Shown here: positions 1-5,195 of the stretch, piece after piece
How the letters are laid out: each line of letters opens with the position of its first letter
Position numbering within the stretch: the first letter of the stretch is position 1
From: Zygophlyctis sp. KS116
Lineage: Eukaryota > Fungi > Chytridiomycota
NCBI GenBank assembly: GCA_054661495.1
Contig: BAAFSQ010000495.1
Span: 1 to 5,195 of the forward strand
DNA: 5,195 nucleotides
Direction: 5' to 3'
Notes under the pieces: model-generated
Told to the model about the DNA's origin: nothing
Database searches by the model: none
What the model saw: the letters and a program-made list of their open reading frames with translations, nothing else
Translations under genes and position numbers: made by a program

Positions 1-240
1 TCTTGGAATTTCAATTAGTGGAATTTGATCTCACTAAATTATTTTTATTTTTCACAATTCTTTATTTTTCTTTTTCTAATCTTTAAATCAGCATAAGCAT
101 TATATTCAGGGTATATTCACCCCCAATTGAATAAATTTTATAGTAATATTTGATTGAGAATTTGTGTTTGATTAATAAATTTTTAGCTGCTGTGATTTGT
201 AGGATAATTTGAGAATTGAAACTAAGTTGATATTCTGTCA
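1..240 (-). repeat. 3' LTR (240 bp)
   Basis: Identical to 4956-5195 and immediately preceded on the minus strand by the purine tract AGGATAGGAGGAG. Its outer end coincides with the window edge. Confidence 0.95.
44..66 (-). terminator. Putative polyadenylation signals (AATAAA x2) in the 3' LTR
   Basis: AATAAA occurs on the minus strand at 66-61 and 49-44, downstream of the TATA as expected for R/U5. Confidence 0.45.
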
Positions 241-253
241 CTCCTCCTATCCT
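241..253 (-). promoter_or_regulatory. Polypurine tract (plus-strand primer)
   Basis: AGGATAGGAGGAG lies immediately 5' of the TG of the 3' LTR. Confidence 0.9.
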
Positions 254-305
254 ACATATCAGATCGCGGAAAATTCTCTTTATTATATGTTGCGCGTTAA
301 TTCTC

Positions 306-357
306 CTAATTTCCGATATTTTAATGATTTCCAATATTCTGCTAATTTCCGATATTT
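306..357. repeat. Three ~18-bp-period direct repeats in the 3' UTR
   Basis: CTAATTTCCGATATTT occurs at 306-321 and 342-357, with a variant GATTTCCAATATT at 326-338. Confidence 0.75.
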
Positions 358-395
358 AATACCTATTTAAATTTGGTATCGATTTAGTACTCCGA

Positions 396-3300
396 TCATT
401 GAAAATGTTGATTTTGCGATTTAAATTCATTGATTTCCCAATTCTTGATACCCATTAATTCTTTGAACTTATTATATTGATCTTTTGGTAGCGGTTTGGT
501 CATAATATCCGCTATCTGATCTTTTGTATTGATATAGATTAAATTCACAGTCTTATCTTGCACAGCCTCGCGTATAAAATGATATCTGAGAGCAATATGC
601 TTAATTCTCGGATGGTTTTTAGTAGAGACCGCCAAATATAATGCACCTTGATTATCACAATATAGAGGCGTCGGTAAATTATCAGCATATCCAATTTCTC
701 CAAGTATTTGTCTATAGTAAATTATTTCTTGTATTGCACTTGTAAGTGCTTGATATTCAGCCTGAGTACTTGATAAAGATACAGATCTCTGAGGATGTGA
801 GTGTGCACTGACTAGAGAACCATTATAAAACAAAACTCCTCCTGTCCTTGATAATCTGGTTTCTTTGCAATCAGCCCATGTAGCATCTGAATAACATTTT
901 ATTCCTTCATTATTTGATGGTCCAATTCTTAGAGAATGTTCTCTGGTGCTATACAAATAACAAAGAATCCTTTTTGCTGCGTTCCAATGTATATTAAATG
1001 GTTTTGCACAAAATTGACATAAAAAGTTTACAGCAAACATTATGTCTGGTCTTGTATGTCTAGATATGTAAAGTAAACTGCCCATTATAGCACGATATGG
1101 TACTGTTTCATCCAATTCTGTGTTAGTATTGATAGATTGATTCACAAAATCAGTAATCATAGGTGTGTTAAAAGTTTTAGTTTTACTTATTTCAAATTTG
1201 TTTGCTACAGCTTCAATGTAATCTGCTTGATTCATATATATGAATTGATTTTTAATTTTTAAATTGATTTTCAGATACAGGATATCACTTGTCTGTATTT
1301 TAATTTTGTATTTTAGTGTTAATTGTTTAATTATTTCATCTAAAGTTTTCTGATCAGACGCTGATATGATCCCATCATCTACATGAAAAGCGATAAAAGA
1401 GTTTTTCCTAAAGTATAGATTCCAATCTGACTTCGTTTTCTTGTATCCCATTTCTTTTAGTGTTTTCCATAGTTCATCATTCCACAATTTAGGAGCATCA
1501 TTTGATCCATACAACGCTCGATTAACTTTAAAAACATGTGTTGACTCTTTTACAAACTGTGGATGAGCGATTGGAATTCCAATATATAGGTCTCTATTCA
1601 TTTTTGCATTTAAAAATGCAGTTGAAACATCAATGAATGTAAATTTCCACTTGAGTGTTTGTATGAGACATAAAATCAACTTCAGGTTTTCTGTTCTGAT
1701 TACAGTTGCAAAAGTTTCCTCAAAGGATAGATCCACCTTTTCAAGATCTCCTCGTAGACACAATCTAGCCTTATAGAGTACCGGAGCTGGTTTTCGAGCA
1801 AACACAATTCGTGTCTTATTGATTTCTATTCCCTTGTCAAGTTCACATCTCTTTACCAAAGTGAATGTGTCTAATGCATCTAATGCACTATATTCTGTTT
1901 GTAATGCAGTCAACCATCCATTTCTCTCTCTATGATATAAAGCCTGTTTATAATTCCTCGGAACATCATCCACAAAGTGTATTGCATCACCTATAATGTT
2001 CGTGTAATCAAGATCTTGTTCTTTTTGTGAGTTCTTTTCTCCGGAACTTCTTAATCTTCTCGGTTGATTTATATCTATTGGCTCTTGTGTCCAAGTTTTT
2101 CCATTCAAACCAGTATCTCTATTTAAGACCTTTTGTTTAGATTGAATAGACTGATCATTATTTTCTACTCTAGGTGGTAATACGAGTCGCAATCTTGGAA
2201 TAAATGATCTTTGATGTTGATTTCCAGAAGTTGAATTGGCACTCCTGAGATTTAAAGTATTATTAGATTGATTTCTTTCAATTGCATTTTGCAATATATT
2301 AAAATCCTTTCTTTCCACTTCTTGTGCAAATGGAATATTGAATCTAACCTTTTTAATTATCTTTTGTTTTGGAAGAGGTGTCTCTTCTTCATCGTTTTTT
2401 ATCTCTTTGAATATATTTTCTTTGAAATCCACATGCCTAGATATTATTATCTGTTTTCCTGTCCAGATCAGATAAGAGTTTGAATGCTCTGAGTATCCTA
2501 TGAATCTGCCCATTTTTGCATTTGGATCAAACGTCTTTCTGTCATCCGAATGAATGTGGTAATAGCACAAGCAACCAAACACTCGTAAATAGTCAACCCT
2601 TGGTTTTCTGCCAAATATTAGCTCGAAAGGAGTCTTCGAAGTGTTCTTAGTGTTTATACATCTATTGTAGATGTAGTTTGCTGTCTCTACGCTTTTCATC
2701 CAAAAAGATTTTGAAATGTCTGCATGGGTAATCATTGATCTAGCCATTTGATTGATGATTCTTATCCTAGATTCAGCTACCCCATTAGAAGATTGTGATT
2801 TGGCTGATGTATATTGTTGTCTTATTCCATTTTCTTTTAAATATTCAGAAAAGTTTCCAAATATGTACTCTCTTGCCTGATCAGATCTTATACATTTCAC
2901 TCTCTTTTCAGTTTGTTTTTCAATCCATCTTCTAAATTCTATAAATTTTTGTAGTATTTCTGACTTCTTTTTAATTCCATATACTTGACCATATGATGAT
3001 GCTAGATCTACCATCACAATGTATCCATTATATCCTTCAATAGAAGTAATGTTGATTGGGCCCTTATAATCAATCACTATCATCTCCAGGATCTGATATT
3101 TTTGTCTTTCATACGGTATAAGATGAGTTTTATACTTGGATTTTGTTAGAGAACATGAATTGCAATTATTCATATTTTTATCTTTCAGTGAGAGTCCGAT
3201 AATTGCATCCGAATCACTCATCTTTGCTATTCTGTCATTTCCAATGTGTCCGAAACGAAAGTGAGCCAAAGAAAAATCAATAGGTGATTTTTTATAAGTA

Positions 3301-4916
3301 TAAAATATATGATCTGCAGAATTGGATATTTTTATACTATATAATAAATTTTCTTCTAAAGATGCTTGAAATAGTATTTTCCCTTGATAAGAAACTTGTT
3401 TTCCCTTTTTGACATTTTTTATTTCTAATTCCAGATTTTTATGTAGATAACCTTCAGATATTATATTAATTTTTGATGTTGGTACATAAATAGCTCGATT
3501 AAGCTTTAGAGTTGTTTGACCATTTTCTTGATCTGTAATTTTTATAATACAAGGTCCTTCCCCCAGGGCATCGCCATTAGTTTGAGTGTTTCCTTGAGTA
3601 TTATACGTACCAAGAAATTTTGGTATTTCATATCTTTGAAATTTTTCTGTTTCAAAGTATTTAAAGTTTCTGAGCAAATTTGTGGTACTACCACTGTCAA
3701 CTATGGCAGTTTCTGTTGTATCTCTTAAAGAATTCATCCCATCACACACTGAATCATTCACTAGCTTGGGATAATCAGTTTTGGTTATGAATATCTGATT
3801 TGGATTATCAGTATTTTCATTCAGTATCTGATTTCTATAGTCAGTATTGTTAATTATCTGATTTGGATGATCAGTATTATTATTAATTATCTGATTTGGA
3901 TAATCAGTATTATTATTAAAAGTCTGATCTGTGTGATCAGTATTATAGAAGTCTAAATAGAATGAATTATCCATATTATTATCAATGGCTTCTCCCACAT
4001 TATAAGGCCAATCAGCATCTTCCATTTGAAAACTGACCTTCTGTTCATTTTCCATGAGATAATTCTGTCTATCTTGAGGTTTATTTTCCTTGTTCTTATA
4101 GTCTCTTTTCTTTCTTGAGATTATGTCCCAGTGAGGCAATTTGATTCCGCTTCTTTTAGGCGAAGAACAATTATTTGGTCGATGTCCAAAACCTCCACAA
4201 TTGAAACAGATAAGATTTATATTAAATGATTTATCATCATTCTGAGATCTTCCATTATTCAAATTTTTGTTTATATCTTCATTAAAAGTAGTAAAAACAT
4301 CTGATCCCATTTTCACTCTTCTGCCCTTCAGGTAATTATCTAGATTTTTCATTTGTTTCAATAAATCTTCCAGTTTTACATTGTAATCCTCTTGAGCAAT
4401 CAATGGTCCAATTATAGGTCCATACTTGGTAGCTACTCCATTTATAAAGATCATTAATAAGTCCTTTTCTTGTATTTCTCCCCCAGCATCTTTCAACTTA
4501 AGATAATTTGAACTGAATCTATTGTGATAGACGTCTATATCACATGATTCCTCTTGGTTCATTTCTTCTAATTCTTTTCTGATCAATTTGATTGCAGAGG
4601 TAGAGTGATCTAAGACTTTCCCTTTAATCTTTGTTAAATTTCCATGAGCTGAGAGGCTCCACATGAAAATCCCTTTATATTCATCTGAAAGTGAATCATA
4701 TATTATTGACTTCGCTAGATCATCTTTCTTGACCCATTCGGACAATTTTCTTTCATAGTCTTCTATCCTATCATCAGGACTAGGTGCAGGTTGTCCAACA
4801 GCAGCTCCTAAAACAACTTCCTTAACCTGGAGGCGGTAGAAAGCTGATGTGATATCCTGTATCCATCTATGACCATTCTGATTGGTCAGAATTGTCACAT
4901 TTACGCTTGAATTCAT
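396..4916 (-). CDS. gag-pol: Gag-Pol polyprotein (Gag, CCHC zinc knuckle, aspartic protease, integrase, reverse transcriptase, RNase H), 1506 aa, single frame
   Basis: Motifs CFNCGGFGHRPNNC; IVDSGST; HFRFGH..CNSC; IDYKGP/RSDQ/NGVAE; YKARL, DVSTAFL, HVDD; YSDATW, SSTQAEY, CDNQGA, ADIMTKPL. The ATG has A at -3. Confidence 0.97.
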   Translation of the reverse strand: MNSSVNVTILTNQNGHRWIQDITSAFYRLQVKEVVLGAAVGQPAPSPDDRIEDYERKLSEWVKKDDLAKSIIYDSLSDEYKGIFMWSLSAHGNLTKIKGKVLDHSTSAIKLIRKELEEMNQEESCDIDVYHNRFSSNYLKLKDAGGEIQEKDLLMIFINGVATKYGPIIGPLIAQEDYNVKLEDLLKQMKNLDNYLKGRRVKMGSDVFTTFNEDINKNLNNGRSQNDDKSFNINLICFNCGGFGHRPNNCSSPKRSGIKLPHWDIISRKKRDYKNKENKPQDRQNYLMENEQKVSFQMEDADWPYNVGEAIDNNMDNSFYLDFYNTDHTDQTFNNNTDYPNQIINNNTDHPNQIINNTDYRNQILNENTDNPNQIFITKTDYPKLVNDSVCDGMNSLRDTTETAIVDSGSTTNLLRNFKYFETEKFQRYEIPKFLGTYNTQGNTQTNGDALGEGPCIIKITDQENGQTTLKLNRAIYVPTSKINIISEGYLHKNLELEIKNVKKGKQVSYQGKILFQASLEENLLYSIKISNSADHIFYTYKKSPIDFSLAHFRFGHIGNDRIAKMSDSDAIIGLSLKDKNMNNCNSCSLTKSKYKTHLIPYERQKYQILEMIVIDYKGPINITSIEGYNGYIVMVDLASSYGQVYGIKKKSEILQKFIEFRRWIEKQTEKRVKCIRSDQAREYIFGNFSEYLKENGIRQQYTSAKSQSSNGVAESRIRIINQMARSMITHADISKSFWMKSVETANYIYNRCINTKNTSKTPFELIFGRKPRVDYLRVFGCLCYYHIHSDDRKTFDPNAKMGRFIGYSEHSNSYLIWTGKQIIISRHVDFKENIFKEIKNDEEETPLPKQKIIKKVRFNIPFAQEVERKDFNILQNAIERNQSNNTLNLRSANSTSGNQHQRSFIPRLRLVLPPRVENNDQSIQSKQKVLNRDTGLNGKTWTQEPIDINQPRRLRSSGEKNSQKEQDLDYTNIIGDAIHFVDDVPRNYKQALYHRERNGWLTALQTEYSALDALDTFTLVKRCELDKGIEINKTRIVFARKPAPVLYKARLCLRGDLEKVDLSFEETFATVIRTENLKLILCLIQTLKWKFTFIDVSTAFLNAKMNRDLYIGIPIAHPQFVKESTHVFKVNRALYGSNDAPKLWNDELWKTLKEMGYKKTKSDWNLYFRKNSFIAFHVDDGIISASDQKTLDEIIKQLTLKYKIKIQTSDILYLKINLKIKNQFIYMNQADYIEAVANKFEISKTKTFNTPMITDFVNQSINTNTELDETVPYRAIMGSLLYISRHTRPDIMFAVNFLCQFCAKPFNIHWNAAKRILCYLYSTREHSLRIGPSNNEGIKCYSDATWADCKETRLSRTGGVLFYNGSLVSAHSHPQRSVSLSSTQAEYQALTSAIQEIIYYRQILGEIGYADNLPTPLYCDNQGALYLAVSTKNHPRIKHIALRYHFIREAVQDKTVNLIYINTKDQIADIMTKPLPKDQYNKFKELMGIKNWEINEFKSQNQHFQ
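470..900 (-). other. Ty1/Copia-type RNase H
   Basis: Catalytic residues D (885-887), E (756-758), D (654-656) and D (507-509) lie in YSDATW, SSTQAEY, CDNQGA and IADIMTK. Confidence 0.93.
930..1964 (-). other. Reverse transcriptase (RVT_2-like) plus connection region
   Basis: PRNYKQAL..W..A...E..AL, YKARLCLRG, DVSTAFLNA (D 1629-1631), ALYG, HVDD (1374-1385), YRAIMGSLLY..TRPDI. Boundaries are approximate. Confidence 0.93.
2455..3263 (-). other. Integrase: HHCC zinc finger (3263-3153), D,D(35)E core (D 3069-3071, D 2880-2882, E 2772-2774) and Copia GKGY-like region
   Basis: HFRFGH...CNSC; IDYKGP; RSDQAREY; NGVAES with 35 residues between D and E; LRVFGC..FIGYSEHSNSY. Boundaries are approximate. 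Confidence 0.93.
3690..3698 (-). other. Aspartic protease catalytic DSG (aa 407-409)
   Basis: AIVDSGSTTNL, with downstream YVPTSKINIISEGYL matching the Copia protease 'yVP....NLlS' motif. Confidence 0.9.
3762..3944 (-). repeat. In-frame 33-bp (11-aa) tandem repeat, about 5.5 copies, consensus NTDxPNQIINN
   Basis: Units start at 3944, 3911, 3878, 3848, 3815 and 3782 (spacing 33, 33, 30, 33, 33). Confidence 0.9.
4167..4208 (-). other. Gag nucleocapsid zinc knuckle CX2CX4HX4C (aa 237-250)
   Basis: CFNCGGFGHRPNNC followed by a basic stretch (PKRS...RKKRDYK). Confidence 0.95.
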
Positions 4917-4941
4917 TGTAGTCTTTCTTTTCTTCTTCTTT

Positions 4942-4955
4942 TTCGACTGTTAATC
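4942..4955 (-). promoter_or_regulatory. Primer-binding site complementary to the tRNA-Asn(GUU) anticodon stem-loop (5' half-tRNA primer)
   Basis: The minus strand GATTAACAGTCGAA directly abuts the LTR. The plus strand reads TTCGA-CT-GTT-AA-TC, i.e. anticodon stem 5' strand, 7-nt loop with GTT anticodon, then positions 39-40. Confidence 0.8.
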
Positions 4956-5195
4956 TCTTGGAATTTCAATTAGTGGAATTTGATCTCACTAAATTATTTT
5001 TATTTTTCACAATTCTTTATTTTTCTTTTTCTAATCTTTAAATCAGCATAAGCATTATATTCAGGGTATATTCACCCCCAATTGAATAAATTTTATAGTA
5101 ATATTTGATTGAGAATTTGTGTTTGATTAATAAATTTTTAGCTGCTGTGATTTGTAGGATAATTTGAGAATTGAAACTAAGTTGATATTCTGTCA
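4956..5195 (-). repeat. 5' LTR (240 bp)
   Basis: Identical by eye to 1-240. On the minus strand it starts TGACAG, ends CCAAGA and is directly followed by the PBS. Confidence 0.95.
5091..5097 (-). promoter_or_regulatory. Putative TATA box in U3 of the 5' LTR (copy at 136-142)
   Basis: TATAAAA lies about 100 nt into the LTR, upstream of the AATAAA motifs. The AT-rich context weakens the call. Confidence 0.55.

Larger units (their letters stand above)
1..5195 (-). mobile_element. Full-length Ty1/Copia-superfamily LTR retrotransposon, structurally intact
   Basis: Direct terminal repeats, a PBS-like site after the 5' LTR, a PPT before the 3' LTR, and a single ORF with domain order Gag-CCHC-PR-IN-RT-RH. 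IN before RT is diagnostic for Copia. Confidence 0.98.

Noticed and set aside
83-334. 83-aa ORF after pol as an env-like or extra gene
   Set aside because: It runs through the UTR repeats, PPT and LTR, is in a different frame from pol (no simple readthrough) and has no recognisable motif.
374-380. TGGTATC resembling a canonical tRNA-iMet PBS
   Set aside because: It is on the wrong strand, over 130 bp from an LTR, and only 7 nt long.
2268-2483. 71-aa antisense ORF
   Set aside because: It is short and its Phe/Leu/Tyr richness is expected from the reverse of an A-rich coding strand. There is no independent support.
3516-3728. 70-aa antisense ORF
   Set aside because: It is a shadow ORF opposite the protease with no motif.
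3762-3944. CRISPR-like array
   Set aside because: The units are contiguous, degenerate and in frame, with no unique spacers, inside a eukaryotic retroelement ORF.
4948-4955. Extending the LTR by 8 bp to give canonical TG...CA termini (sense ...GATTAACA)
   Set aside because: These bases are better explained as the tRNA-Asn anticodon-loop PBS. The extension would leave no PBS and break the register of the subterminal inverted repeat. It cannot be fully excluded without flank beyond position 1.
4942-4955. tRNA-Asn gene
   Set aside because: Only the anticodon loop and part of the stem are present, with no acceptor, D or T arms.
4942-5080. Tf1-type self-priming
   Set aside because: I found no sequence in the LTR complementary to the post-LTR segment, and Tf1-type self-priming is known from Ty3/Gypsy elements.

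Overview
The window is exactly one complete, structurally intact Ty1/Copia (Pseudoviridae) LTR retrotransposon on the minus strand. It has two identical 240-bp LTRs (1-240, 4956-5195), one uninterrupted 1506-aa Gag-PR-IN-RT-RNaseH ORF (4916->396) and a polypurine tract abutting the 3' LTR. The host is an AT-rich eukaryote, possibly a fungus (inference only). The most notable feature is the primer-binding site. It is not the usual TGG... site complementary to a tRNA 3' CCA end. It reads GATTAACAGTCGAA, complementary to the anticodon stem-loop of tRNA-Asn(GUU) and ending at tRNA position 40, which suggests Hemivirus-style priming by a 5' half of tRNA-Asn rather than tRNA-iMet. Other oddities are TG...GA LTR termini with a subterminal inverted repeat, a near-perfect second PPT copy inside RNase H, a 33-bp/11-aa tandem repeat between the zinc knuckle and protease, and divergent RT motifs in an apparently very young element. 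No flanking DNA is present, so the target-site duplication cannot be seen.
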